Shown here: piece after piece, positions 29,893 through 40,019 of the stretch
How the letters are laid out: each line of letters begins with the position of its first letter
How positions within the stretch are numbered: position 1 is the stretch's first letter
Assembly: GCA_965242965.1 (NCBI GenBank)
Contig: OZ251518.1
Coordinates: 3,808,001 to 3,872,000, forward strand
Length of the DNA: 64,000 bases
Source: Candidatus Poribacteria bacterium
GTDB lineage: Bacteria; Poribacteria; WGA-4E; WGA-3G
Direction: 5' to 3'
The notes under the pieces: generated by a model
The model's database searches: none
The model's input: only the letters and a program-made list of their open reading frames with translations
Told to the model about the DNA's origin: nothing
Position numbers and translations under genes: made by a program

Positions 29893-29956
29893 TCGTAGCG
29901 GAACAAACGCGGTAGACTCGGTTTGCAACCGTGCCTACCGCGTGGTTGGCTTGATT

Positions 29957-30460
29957 CTACTGGGGCGGTGGCGGTGGCGGCGGTGGTTCGGTGAAAGTTT
30001 GCCCGTTCGCCGCTGCGTCCAAGCGTCGGACGTTCCAAGCGGCCCACTGTTGATACATGTCAACGGTGCCCTCGGTTCTGCCTTGGGCAATTCCCTCGGT
30101 TCTGCCTTGGGCTTTGCCTTCGGCTAAGCCTTTGGCTCGAGCTGCGTCGGCTTCTCGCTGGATGCGTTTTTCGCGCTCGGCGCGGAAATAGTCTCTCAGA
30201 ATCATCATGATGTCGATACCTCCAAAGATGAGGACAACCGAACCGAAGGCAACCATCAGGAAGTCGCCCATGTGGGCGACAATGTTCTGTGTTGTCTCCA
30301 TTGCCGGTTTGCCCTTTGCAAGTTCGTGTGGAATAAGAAAAGCGGCGTAAGTGCCGACTTCAAGCGCGAAAACAAGGAACGCTGCGAGGAACCATTTCAG
30401 GCGAATTGTCAGCAGCGAGACGCGCGCCTCTTTTTTGTCGGAGTCATTTTTCATTAGCAA
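29957..30460 (-). CDS. Hypothetical two-TM protein with AEG/AQG repeats and poly-Pro tail (copy 1)
   Basis: RBS AGGAG; near-identical to 30604-31047. Confidence 0.8.
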   Translation of the reverse strand: MLMKNDSDKKEARVSLLTIRLKWFLAAFLVFALEVGTYAAFLIPHELAKGKPAMETTQNIVAHMGDFLMVAFGSVVLIFGGIDIMMILRDYFRAEREKRIQREADAARAKGLAEGKAQGRTEGIAQGRTEGTVDMYQQWAAWNVRRLDAAANGQTFTEPPPPPPPPQ

Positions 30461-30603
30461 GTCTCCTTTTAGTATACCCTATTGCGCGATGCAACTGCAA
30501 GAAAAAACGCGCGATGAGGGATATTTGTCGCCTTCGGAGTAGGAGTTGAAGCCACCGGGTAGGCTCGGTTTCCAACCGTGCCTACCACGCGGTTAGCTTG
30601 GTT

Positions 30604-31047
30604 CTACTGGGGCGGTGGCGGCGGTGGTTCGGTGAAAGTTTGCCCGTTCGCCGCTGCGTCTAAGCGTCGGGCGTTCCAAGCGGCCCACTGTTGATACATG
30701 TCAACGGTGCCTTCCGCTCTGCCTTTGGCTCTGGCTGCGTCAGCTTCTCGCTGGATGCGTTTTTCGCGTTCGGCGCGAAAATAATCTCTCAGAATCATCA
30801 TGATGTCGATACCTCCAAAGATGAGGACAACCGAACCGAAGGCAACCATCAGGAAGTCACCCATGTAGGCTACAATGGCCTGCGTTGTCTCCATTGCCGG
30901 TTTGCCCTTTGCAAGTTCGTATGGAATAAGAAAAGCGGCGTAAGTGCCGACTTCAAGCGCGAAAACAATGAACGCTGCAAGGAACCATTTCAGGCGAATT
31001 GTCAGCAGCGAGACGCGCGCCTCTTTCTTCTCGGTATTGTTTTTCAT
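30604..31047 (-). CDS. Hypothetical two-TM protein with poly-Pro tail (copy 2)
   Basis: RBS AGGAGG; paralog lacking 16 aa of the G-x-x-E/Q repeat. Confidence 0.8.
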   Translation of the reverse strand: MKNNTEKKEARVSLLTIRLKWFLAAFIVFALEVGTYAAFLIPYELAKGKPAMETTQAIVAYMGDFLMVAFGSVVLIFGGIDIMMILRDYFRAEREKRIQREADAARAKGRAEGTVDMYQQWAAWNARRLDAAANGQTFTEPPPPPPQ

Positions 31048-31150
31048 TACAAATCCTCCTATCAGTATACCCTATTGCGCGATGCAACTGCAACAAAAAA
31101 ACGCGCGACGAGGGATATGTATATAGTATACATTCCTTAATAGGGGTTTG

Positions 31151-32350
31151 TCAACCTAATTTAATGGAAGATAGACTCGCAAGAAGTTCTCCATCCGTAA
31201 TCACAAGTTTCACCGCCAAAACCGCTATCGGCAGCTTATCGGCAAAGCGCGCCAATTTTTGTTCATCTTTCTGGGTTGTTACGATGCAAATCGCCCCGGT
31301 CTGTGTCATTTTGCGTTGAATCCGCTGACAGTCTGCTTCCGTGTAAGCATGATGGTCTGGGAATGCAAGGGGCTCAACGGTTTCCGGCGCATAGTGGTTG
31401 AGCGTTGTGACGAAAGCGTTCGGGTTACCGATGCCGCACACGGCGAGCAGCCGCTTGCCGCTGAGCCAATTAAGAGGTAATTGTTCCAAATCGCCAGAGG
31501 CATGCAGACGATAGAGATGCGTGGGACGATGGACGCTCTCTAATATGGGGGTGTTCGGTGCTAATTTGCTGAGCTCTTCCCGTAGGAGAGCCCTCCCTGT
31601 CTTGATAGTTTCGGGTATCGGGACAAGGATGTCCCTCCTACCGATGGGTGCGGGTGTCGGGACAGAGATGTTCCTCCTACCGCTAGTTTCAGGTATCGGG
31701 ACAGAGATGTCCCTCCTGCCGATGGAATCTGTCCGAGTCAATAAGATGATGTCAGCGCGGCGGAGGGCAGTGACAGGTTCACGCAGTGTTCCCACAGGCA
31801 AGAGCTGTCCTGTGTCGAAAGGACGCGTCGCGTCAATGGTGACAATGTCCACATCTCGGTGGAGTTGACGGTGTTGGAAGCCGTCGTCAAGAAGTAGCAC
31901 TTCGCTTTTAAAGCGAGTTATGGCGAGTTGCCCCGCGGCATAGCGATGCCTGCCGACAATGATAGGAATTCCTGGGAGGAGGCGCGCCATCATGTCCGCT
32001 TCATCGCCGCTTTCCGCTGCGGTGCAGAACCGTTTTTCGCCGTCTGTCACGATGGTTATTTTCTCGCGGGATTGGCGTTTATAGCCGCGGAGGAGGACGG
32101 CGACACGCAAGCCGTCTGCTTGGAGTTGTTTCGCAATAGCGATGACTGCCGGCGTTTTCCCCGTGCCGCCAACCACGATATTGCCGACGCTGATGACAGT
32201 GCATGGCAAACGGCGCGCCTGAAAAATACCGCGCGTGTAGCATGTATTCCGCAGCGAGACGATTGCGGTGTAGACATGCTTTAAAAGCACGCCGACCGGC
32301 TGGAGGAATGGCGAGAGAAATGGGTTCTGGTGCCCATGAACATGTTTCAT
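31151..32350 (-). CDS. lpxK: Tetraacyldisaccharide 4'-kinase with in-frame repeat insertion
   Basis: VISVGNIVVGGTGKTP, GDE, LLDDGFQH, LLPVGTLREP, FPDHH, TTQKD. Confidence 0.95.
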   Translation of the reverse strand: MKHVHGHQNPFLSPFLQPVGVLLKHVYTAIVSLRNTCYTRGIFQARRLPCTVISVGNIVVGGTGKTPAVIAIAKQLQADGLRVAVLLRGYKRQSREKITIVTDGEKRFCTAAESGDEADMMARLLPGIPIIVGRHRYAAGQLAITRFKSEVLLLDDGFQHRQLHRDVDIVTIDATRPFDTGQLLPVGTLREPVTALRRADIILLTRTDSIGRRDISVPIPETSGRRNISVPTPAPIGRRDILVPIPETIKTGRALLREELSKLAPNTPILESVHRPTHLYRLHASGDLEQLPLNWLSGKRLLAVCGIGNPNAFVTTLNHYAPETVEPLAFPDHHAYTEADCQRIQRKMTQTGAICIVTTQKDEQKLARFADKLPIAVLAVKLVITDGELLASLSSIKLG

Positions 32351-32410
32351 GCTGGACGCTTGTCAGGATGGATAACTCTATCCGCTTGTCTCTACAACAG
32401 AAATCTGTCC

Positions 32411-33553
32411 TTATGAAATGGTTCGGTGTTCCATCACGAGTTGTGCGGTGCGTTCAGCTGCGCCGGTTGAACCGAGTTGCGCGTAAACGGCACGCAACGC
32501 CTCGCGTTGCAACTCGCGTTTGTGAGGATGCTGGAGGAGTTCAAGGACGTGCGCTGTCAACGTCTCCGGCGTGAGTGCTGTTTGCAGCAGTTCCGGCACA
32601 ATGTCTCTACCGGCGATGAGATTCGGCAAGCCACTCCGTTCCAACGGGCTCAGCATTTTGATGATGCGCCAATTGAGCGATGAGGTGCGGAAGAGGATGA
32701 GCATCGGGGTGCCGATGCACGCCGCCTCCAGTGTCGCTGTGCCGGAGGCGATGAGCATCAAGTTCGCAGCGCGCATCGCGGTGTATGTCGCATTCTCAAT
32801 AATGTGAATCGGCGGAACGTCTTGAATCCCGCGGCGACATTCGGCGAAGAAATCTCGCGAAATACCCGGTGCTAACGGCAGGAGCCATTGCGCGTTTGGA
32901 TAAATGCGCGCGATGTTTGCAACCCCTTTGAGCATCGGCGGCAAGATGTGCCGGATTTCAGAACGGCGGCTCCCGGGCATCAACCCGATGACAAGAGCAT
33001 CGCTGTCTATCCGCAGTTTTTCGCGTGCGGCTTCACGACTAAACGCTGTCCGTGCAAAATCGACGAGCGGATGTCCGACAAACTCGGCGTTTGCACCGGC
33101 GTTTCGGTAAAACGCCGCTTCAAACGGGAAGATGGCAGCGATGACGTTCGCCCACTTCGCAAGTTTTTTGGCACGTCCCGCGCGCCACGCCCACGCCTTC
33201 GGGGGGATATAATAGACGACTGGCACGCGATATTTCCACGCGAATTTCGCCAACGGCATGTTGAATTCGGCGAAATCAACGAGGAGAAGCGCGTCGGGAC
33301 GTTGCTGTCGGATGCACCGTTTGAGATGCATCTGTTTCCGCAGGAACACAGGCAGCGCGCCGATAACGTTCGCGAAGCCCATGGTAGCCGAATCGCCGAT
33401 ATGAAGTGCCAGCGTTACGCCCGCCTTTGCCATCAGATTGCCTCCCATCCCAAAGAGGGTGATTTCTGGACAAAGTTTCTTGAGGTGTTTCACGACGTAT
33501 GAAGCGTGCAAGTCTGCCGAGGGTTCCCCCGCGACAATCATCACATGTGGCAT
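32411..33553 (-). CDS. lpxB: Lipid-A-disaccharide synthase
   Basis: AGEPSAD, YYIPPKAWAWR, FVGHPL, MPGSRRSE, SGTATLE, LPNLIAG..IVPELLQ. Confidence 0.95.
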   Translation of the reverse strand: MPHVMIVAGEPSADLHASYVVKHLKKLCPEITLFGMGGNLMAKAGVTLALHIGDSATMGFANVIGALPVFLRKQMHLKRCIRQQRPDALLLVDFAEFNMPLAKFAWKYRVPVVYYIPPKAWAWRAGRAKKLAKWANVIAAIFPFEAAFYRNAGANAEFVGHPLVDFARTAFSREAAREKLRIDSDALVIGLMPGSRRSEIRHILPPMLKGVANIARIYPNAQWLLPLAPGISRDFFAECRRGIQDVPPIHIIENATYTAMRAANLMLIASGTATLEAACIGTPMLILFRTSSLNWRIIKMLSPLERSGLPNLIAGRDIVPELLQTALTPETLTAHVLELLQHPHKRELQREALRAVYAQLGSTGAAERTAQLVMEHRTIS

Positions 33554-33638
33554 TTTTCGGATTCCCGCACAGAATTTCTTTAGGGTTCACCCGTTGCTGA
33601 TGCGTCAGTCCTAAACAAGAACGTAGTCATCGACAACG

Positions 33639-34682
33639 TCAAGGCATCAAACCCGGCACTTTCATGCCCGCCGTTTCAGGTAACCCGCACATCAGATTCA
33701 GATTCTGCACGACGGCACCTGCTGCGCCTTTCCCCAAATTATCAATCGCCGCCATGACAACGACGCGATTTGTCCGTGCATCTACCTCTAACCCAATGTC
33801 GCAATAGTTACTGCCGAGGACTGCCTTCGTTTGCGGATATTCACCAGCAGGTAGCACGCGCACGAACGGTTCATTGGCGTAGAACTCGGCATAACGTTCA
33901 AGCACAGCCTCGGTGGACATCGCCTGTTTCAGGTGGAGATAAAGGGTGCTGAGAATGCCGCGCGTCATCGGGACAAGGTGCGGCGTAAAACTGACGCGGA
34001 GCTGTTCCCCCGCGATGGCACTCAATTCCTGTTCAATCTCCGGCGTATGCCGATGCACACCGATGTTGTAGGCGACGACGTTGGATTCGCGACTCGGATA
34101 GTGTGTCGTATCGCGCGGTTTCGGGCCCGCGCCGGAGATACCCGACTTGGAATCAACGATGAGCGAATGGAGTGCCACCGCGCCACTGTCAAGCAACGGT
34201 GCTGCGGCGAGGATGGCACTCGTCGGATAGCACCCCGGGTTCGCGACTAACTTGGCGGTGCGGATGTCTTCACGATAGCGTTCCGGCAAGCCGTATACCG
34301 CTGCCTCCAAGAGTTCGGGGCTCGTATGTGGCACGTGATACCACGCTTCGTAGGTATCGGCATCCTTCAACCGATAGTCCGCGCTGAAATCAACCACGCG
34401 GAGGCCCTGCGCGAGAATCTGCGGCACGAACGCCATTGAGACTTTGTGCGGCACCGCCAACACCACGACATCGACTTTCTCCTTGAGGGTGTTGATGTCC
34501 AACGCTTCAAATTCAAACGAAATCAACCCCCGGAGGTGTGGTAGAACGCTGTCAATCCGCTGCCCTGCGTAAGTTTCAGAAGTGCAGAGCGCGACGGTGA
34601 GTTCACCCGGATGATTGACGAGGAATCGTAACAATTCGCTGCCGCTATAGCCGGATGCTCCAATAATTCCGATTTTTATCAT
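33639..34682 (-). CDS. argC: N-acetyl-gamma-glutamyl-phosphate reductase
   Basis: GASGYSG, ANPGCYPT, SGISGAG, HRHTPEI, IDNLGKGAAG. Confidence 0.97.
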   Translation of the reverse strand: MIKIGIIGASGYSGSELLRFLVNHPGELTVALCTSETYAGQRIDSVLPHLRGLISFEFEALDINTLKEKVDVVVLAVPHKVSMAFVPQILAQGLRVVDFSADYRLKDADTYEAWYHVPHTSPELLEAAVYGLPERYREDIRTAKLVANPGCYPTSAILAAAPLLDSGAVALHSLIVDSKSGISGAGPKPRDTTHYPSRESNVVAYNIGVHRHTPEIEQELSAIAGEQLRVSFTPHLVPMTRGILSTLYLHLKQAMSTEAVLERYAEFYANEPFVRVLPAGEYPQTKAVLGSNYCDIGLEVDARTNRVVVMAAIDNLGKGAAGAVVQNLNLMCGLPETAGMKVPGLMP

Positions 34683-34733
34683 GGTTTTCTAAGTAGAAAA
34701 TGGAAAACGCATCGGAATGGGTTCTTTTCTCGC

Positions 34734-35567
34734 TCACGACGCGGTCCAACATCCCTCTGTATACGCTTCCCGATTAAATAACTTTTGACGTTCCGGCGTG
34801 GCGCGTGTCAGCCATTCCGCCGGAATCTCCTGCGTGTAGCGGTGCGGCGGGCCCACCTCCTTGAAAATGTCAATAGCGAAGATGCGATAAGGCTGCGCGG
34901 AATCTATCGGTTTCGCTTCGACGGCGTGGAAGATGCGCGCGTCAATGTATACCATGCTACCCGGCGGTAATTCCAGACGTTTCTCTGCTAATTTGCGGCC
35001 TGCCGCTGCGTCAAAATCGCCTGCCAGCATCCGTTCCGGTGTCGCCTCGGCAGTCGGCGCGACGCGGTGGCTGCCGGGGATGACTTTCAGGTTCCTGTCC
35101 CCTTTGGTGAACCCGTTCGGATAGTAGAGAATCTGGACGTAATACTTATCGCGTTCGGCAAGGTTGACAGGGTTTTCATGCTTCCAATGATGGTGGTCTT
35201 GGTGAAACGGGATGGGCCCGATGCCGCGCGGCGCAATGTTCAATGCGGAGTGACAAAAGTGATAATCCGCGCCGATCGTCGCCGTGACGAGTGCCGTAAT
35301 AAACGCATCATCGATGAGCCTGTCGCTATAATGTTCGCGCTCGTTCCACGGGCGAACGAAATAGGCTCTCGATGTGTCTCCGTTCTTTTCCAACGCCTCA
35401 ATGTATTCCCGCACCGGTTTAAGACGCGTGATTTCATTGATGAGTCCCTCGCGCGCCGCGTCGGTAAATACATCGGGATAGACGATGTATCCATCGTTGT
35501 GGAAGGCATCGATATCGGCTTGTGAGGGGCCCGATAAACGGAAAAGTGAATCCAATTGGGTTGTCAT
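34734..35567 (-). CDS. PhyH family dioxygenase
   Basis: FHNDGY, FHQD, VIPGSH, IFHA. Confidence 0.85.
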   Translation of the reverse strand: MTTQLDSLFRLSGPSQADIDAFHNDGYIVYPDVFTDAAREGLINEITRLKPVREYIEALEKNGDTSRAYFVRPWNEREHYSDRLIDDAFITALVTATIGADYHFCHSALNIAPRGIGPIPFHQDHHHWKHENPVNLAERDKYYVQILYYPNGFTKGDRNLKVIPGSHRVAPTAEATPERMLAGDFDAAAGRKLAEKRLELPPGSMVYIDARIFHAVEAKPIDSAQPYRIFAIDIFKEVGPPHRYTQEIPAEWLTRATPERQKLFNREAYTEGCWTAS

Positions 35568-35629
35568 GATTTTTGCTCCGAACCGTAGGCGCGATTGGAA
35601 ACCGCGCCTACTAGAACGTCTTTTTCATA

Positions 35630-36400
35630 TTACCGCGTCGTCTTCATTCGTCCCCACGTCGTTGCCAATTTCCCGTTGGGCTCAACGTCAAAGGCATCCT
35701 CCCAACCGTTCAGGAGTTGCTGAATTTCTTCTGCCTCCAGTGCGCGACTGAGGATGACTACCTCGTCAATACCCCCGGTAAACTGCTCCGGTCCGAATTT
35801 GAGTTGCAACACCTCGCCTACCGCCACTTTTCCACCCCATTCGGGTTTCCAATCGGCTTTGTCGGCAGATAGCGCGCCTTTTGCGCTTTCCGGTTCGCCA
35901 TCGACATACATCTCAACGTTCAGTCCGTCGTAGGTGCCGGCGATGTGGTACCACTTCTTCTGTTCTAATTCGGTTTTCCCGTAGAAGCCGGGTGTGATGC
36001 CTTGTGCAGTCCAGACCCGGAAGGAGAACCCATCAGGGATGGGTTCACCACCCGACTGGTCTTCCAATAAATACGCGCCGTTCTTTCTGACACCCGTGTC
36101 TGAATCGGCATCCACTCGGAACCAGGCGGCGACGGTAAGTTCATCTTGAACGCTTTGCAGGCTTTTTGAGTCTTGGACATCAATACTGCCGCCGCCCCCG
36201 GCGACGACTGCCTTTCCAAATTTGCCGGGCTCAAACTTAAAGTTACCCGCAATTTTTCCATCGTTGCCGTTCTTTGTTGCATCCTTAACATCGCCCTCAA
36301 AGAGCCATACGCCGACGATGGCCGGGTCATCGGGCTCTAACGCGGATGTAACGGCGCAAAGACAGAAGAGCAGCGCGATGCTGATAGTGAGCAATTTCAT
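35630..36400 (-). CDS. Secreted LamG-like domain protein with C-terminal sorting-like motif
   Basis: Signal peptide; GKFGKA, WYHIAGTYDG, FTGGIDEV; ends DVEPNGKLATTWGRMK. Confidence 0.9.
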   Translation of the reverse strand: MKLLTISIALLFCLCAVTSALEPDDPAIVGVWLFEGDVKDATKNGNDGKIAGNFKFEPGKFGKAVVAGGGGSIDVQDSKSLQSVQDELTVAAWFRVDADSDTGVRKNGAYLLEDQSGGEPIPDGFSFRVWTAQGITPGFYGKTELEQKKWYHIAGTYDGLNVEMYVDGEPESAKGALSADKADWKPEWGGKVAVGEVLQLKFGPEQFTGGIDEVVILSRALEAEEIQQLLNGWEDAFDVEPNGKLATTWGRMKTTR

Positions 36401-36529
36401 CGTGAATTCCTCCGTGTTCGTGTTGTGCAAAATCGGGAGGATAAATAACGGCATCCTCCCTACAGATAAAACGTTGATAAATAGGATACCACCCACTAGG
36501 AAAAAATTCAAGCAGAATTTTCTGTTTCT

Positions 36530-36856
36530 AAGCAGGATTATCAAGATTGAGCAGGATTATCAAGATTTTTCAAGATTTTCAGGATTAGTTTTTTGATAGT
36601 CCTAGCACGCTTGGATATGCCGCCACCGGCCTGTCTATCAGATTGCTAATCTTGCTAATCGTGTCAATCCGGAGCAGGATTTTCAGGATTTCCCAAGATT
36701 TTCAGGATTAGGTTTTTGACGCACCGGTACCGTTTTGGCAGGCCACGGGGTATTCGATGCATCAGCACCCCAAAAAAATCTTGCTAATCTTGTAACTCTT
36801 GTAAATCCTGCTCATATCGTGTAAATCCTGCTCATATCTTGCTAATCCTGCTTCAG
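36530..36856. repeat. CAGGATT/AATCCTG short-period inverted repeat cluster (two arm pairs)
   Basis: CAGGATTATCAAGATT... arms followed by GCTAATCTT/AAATCCTG arms. Confidence 0.82.
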
Positions 36857-36924
36857 ATTCTTCTTGCAAACAAAACCGAAATATGCTAGATTAACGTATC
36901 TTAACGCAAGAGGACAACACGGCT

Positions 36925-39900
36925 ATGATTGCCATTAAACCGACGCATAAACCGATAACCAATTTTTACGCCGAACTGGCGCAATACGAACACCTCGGTG
37001 AAACACACGAAGGCGCAGTCCGACCCGCTTTCGGGACGCTCCTCCAGCACTACGCACGGCAGGATAACCTCACGCTTGTCAGTGAGAAACGCCTGCGCAC
37101 GCCCCAGAATACCACCATCGTTGTCGACGGCATGCTCATCGATAACGAATTCGGGCTCCCGCGCGGCTACTGGGAAGCGAAGGACCTGCACGATGATTTG
37201 CCCACCGAAATCGACAAGAAATTCACCGCAGGTTACCCGACAGATAACATCCTCTTCCAAACACCGCAACGCGCAATTCTCTATCAGAACGGCGAACAGG
37301 TAATGGACGTGGATATTTCCGACCGGGGTGCACTGGCCCAGGTGCTACTCGCCTTTTTGAACTATGAACAGACGGACATCGCGAATTGGTATCGCGCCGT
37401 CGCCGAATTCAAGGGTAAAGTGCCTGCACTCGGCAAAGAACTCGCAGGGCTCATCCGCAACGAGGCGGAGACGAACGCGCCGTTTCAGGAGGCGTTCACC
37501 GAATTCTATCGCCAGTGCCAAGCGGCGATTAACCCGAATCTCGCCAAAGCCGCTGTTGAGGAGATGCTCGTCCAGCATATCCTCACGGAACAGATTTTCA
37601 CCTCGGTCTTCGATAGCCGCGATTTCACGCGGCGGAATATCATTGCACTTGAGATTGAGAAGGTGGTAGACGCGCTCGTGTCACAGCAGTGGAACCGCGC
37701 CGAGTTCCTCAAAAGCCTCAAGCCGTTCTATGCCGCTATTGAACGCGCCGCCACGACGTTCATTGACTTCTCGCAGAAACAGCACTTCATCAATACGGTG
37801 TATGAGCAGTTTTTCCAAGGCTTCTCTGTCAAGGTTGCGGATACGCACGGCATCGTCTATACGCCGCAGCCGATTGTCGATTTCATCGTGAAGAGCGTCT
37901 CGCATGTCCTGAAAACCGAATTCAACAGGACGCTTTCGGATAGCGGTGTGAATATCATCGATCCGTTCGTCGGCACCGGCAACTTCATCGTGCGGCTGAT
38001 GCAGGAGATTGACAAGACGGCACTCCAAGCGAAATATAGCGAGGAGCTCCACTGCAATGAGGTGCTCCTTTTGCCATACTATGTCGCCAGCATGAACATT
38101 GAGCACGAGTTTTGGGTCGCGACGCAGAAGTATCTCCCCTACGATAAAATCTGTCTCGTGGATACGTTCGATGTGACGGATGCGCCGCAGATGACGATGT
38201 TCGCGCCGGATAACACGCGCCGGGTTGAGACGCAGAAGGAGTCCTCGATGTTCGTCGTCATCGGGAATCCGCCTTACAACGCCAAGCAGACGAACGAAAA
38301 CGACAATAATAAGAATCGGAAATACCCTGCACTGGATAAGCAGGTGCAGGCGACATACGTCCGAGACTCTGCATCAACGAACACAAACCTGCTCTACGAT
38401 CCCTACGTCAAAGCGATTTTCTGGGCATTGCAGCGAATTGGCCGCGAGGGCATCGTCGCGTTTGTGACGAATAACAACTTCATCACCGGGCAGTCGTTTG
38501 ACGGCATGCGGAAGCATCTCGCCCAAGATTTTGACACGCTGTATCTGTTTGACATGGGCGGCAATATCCGCAAGGGACAACCCGGCACCTCCAACGTCTT
38601 CGGTATCCAGGTCGGCGTGAGTATCTGCATCTTTGTGAAAAAGGCGAACGCGGGCACCTCCCGCATTTTCTACAACGACGAAACGGCGGCGATGCCTAAA
38701 GACGAAACGTTTGACTTCCTGAAAACGCGCGAACACGTCGGCAACGTCACGTGGCAGCAGCTTCAGCCGGACGCGCGGCATACGTGGATTACAGAAGGGC
38801 TCCGTCCCGAGTTTGTCGATTTCATCCCGATGGGCACCAAGGAAGCGAAAGCCACGAAAGGCGAGGTATCCGGTGTGATTTTCCACCAATATTGCAACGG
38901 TGTGAAGACTAATCGGGATGCTTGGGCAATCAATTTCAACTCAGATGCTCTCGCGACGAACGTTCAGCGAATGATGGAAACCTATAATGCAGAGATGTTT
39001 CGGTGGCAGGCATTGGCGGACAAGTCAGGAGCGAACGTTGACAATTTCGTTACGGACGATAAGCGGCAAATCAGTTGGAGTAGCGACTTGAAGGCGAAGT
39101 TGAAGCGCGGCAAAGTCGCCAAGTATGCTAAAGACAAGGTGCGGAAAGTGCTTTACCGTCCCTACGCAAAAAGGAGTCTCTACTTTGACCGGATGCTGAC
39201 TCAAGTTTACCTGCTTCCGTCTTTTTTCCCAACACCTCAAACTGAGGCGGAAAACCAGGTCATTTGTGTCAGCGCGACCGGAAGTAGCCAACCGTTTCAG
39301 GTGTTAATGGCGGATGTGATTCCGAACAGCGCGCTCCTTCAGATTGCGCAATGCTTTCCGTTTTACACCTACGATGAGGATGGCACGAACCGTCGTGAGA
39401 ACATTACGGATTGGGCATTATCGGCGTTCCGTGCGCATTACGGCGATGCGAGCATCACGAAGTGGGACATTTTCCACTATTGCTATGGTGTGTTGCATCA
39501 TCCTGAGTATCGGGAGCGGTATCAGGCAGATCTGAAGCGCGATTTGCCGCGTATCCCGTTCGCGGATGCGCGTGGAGTATCCGCGGATTTTTGGGAGTTC
39601 GTAAAAGCGGGGGAGCGGTTGGCACACTTGCATCTCCACTACGAGGAATTGCCGGTTGATGAGACGCTTCGGTTAATTGAAACGCCGGGTGCGCCGTTAG
39701 ACTGGCGCGTGTCGCAGATGAAATTTTCCAAAGACCGGACATCGCTCCGTTACAACGATTTCCTGACGTTGGCTGGTATTCCTGAGGCGGCGTTTGCGTA
39801 TCGGTTGGGAAGTCGTTCGGCGTTGGAGTGGGTAGTGAATCAGTATTGCGTGAAATCGGACAAAGCGAGTGGTATCGTCAACGATCCGAATTTGGTTTCG

Positions 39901-40002
39901 GATGCGGAGTCCATCGTGCGCTTGGTGCGTCAGGTGGTGCAGTTGAGTGTGGAGACGGTGGAGATCGTTTCGGGGTTGGGGGAGTTGAGGGTTGATGGGT
40001 GA
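36925..40002 (+). CDS. Type ISP/IIG-like restriction-modification enzyme (nuclease + N6 MTase + specificity domain, no helicase)
   Basis: N-terminal VDG...YWEAKD; GIVYTPQPIVDF, IIDPFVGTG, VIGNPPY; C-terminal YRERY..DLKRDLPRIP and YRLGSRSALEWV like the LlaGI/LlaBIII C-terminus. Confidence 0.88.
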   Translation: MIAIKPTHKPITNFYAELAQYEHLGETHEGAVRPAFGTLLQHYARQDNLTLVSEKRLRTPQNTTIVVDGMLIDNEFGLPRGYWEAKDLHDDLPTEIDKKFTAGYPTDNILFQTPQRAILYQNGEQVMDVDISDRGALAQVLLAFLNYEQTDIANWYRAVAEFKGKVPALGKELAGLIRNEAETNAPFQEAFTEFYRQCQAAINPNLAKAAVEEMLVQHILTEQIFTSVFDSRDFTRRNIIALEIEKVVDALVSQQWNRAEFLKSLKPFYAAIERAATTFIDFSQKQHFINTVYEQFFQGFSVKVADTHGIVYTPQPIVDFIVKSVSHVLKTEFNRTLSDSGVNIIDPFVGTGNFIVRLMQEIDKTALQAKYSEELHCNEVLLLPYYVASMNIEHEFWVATQKYLPYDKICLVDTFDVTDAPQMTMFAPDNTRRVETQKESSMFVVIGNPPYNAKQTNENDNNKNRKYPALDKQVQATYVRDSASTNTNLLYDPYVKAIFWALQRIGREGIVAFVTNNNFITGQSFDGMRKHLAQDFDTLYLFDMGGNIRKGQPGTSNVFGIQVGVSICIFVKKANAGTSRIFYNDETAAMPKDETFDFLKTREHVGNVTWQQLQPDARHTWITEGLRPEFVDFIPMGTKEAKATKGEVSGVIFHQYCNGVKTNRDAWAINFNSDALATNVQRMMETYNAEMFRWQALADKSGANVDNFVTDDKRQISWSSDLKAKLKRGKVAKYAKDKVRKVLYRPYAKRSLYFDRMLTQVYLLPSFFPTPQTEAENQVICVSATGSSQPFQVLMADVIPNSALLQIAQCFPFYTYDEDGTNRRENITDWALSAFRAHYGDASITKWDIFHYCYGVLHHPEYRERYQADLKRDLPRIPFADARGVSADFWEFVKAGERLAHLHLHYEELPVDETLRLIETPGAPLDWRVSQMKFSKDRTSLRYNDFLTLAGIPEAAFAYRLGSRSALEWVVNQYCVKSDKASGIVNDPNLVSDAESIVRLVRQVVQLSVETVEIVSGLGELRVDG

Positions 40003-40019
40003 GGGGTCACTACGCGGTG

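Larger units (their letters stand above)
29911..31118. repeat. Tandem duplication of gene plus promoter (units 29911-30524 and 30558-31118)
   Basis: Both units start with GGTAG(A/G)CTCGGTTT(G/C)CAACCGTGCCTACC and end with ...CGCGCGA(T/C)GAGGGATAT. Confidence 0.9.
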
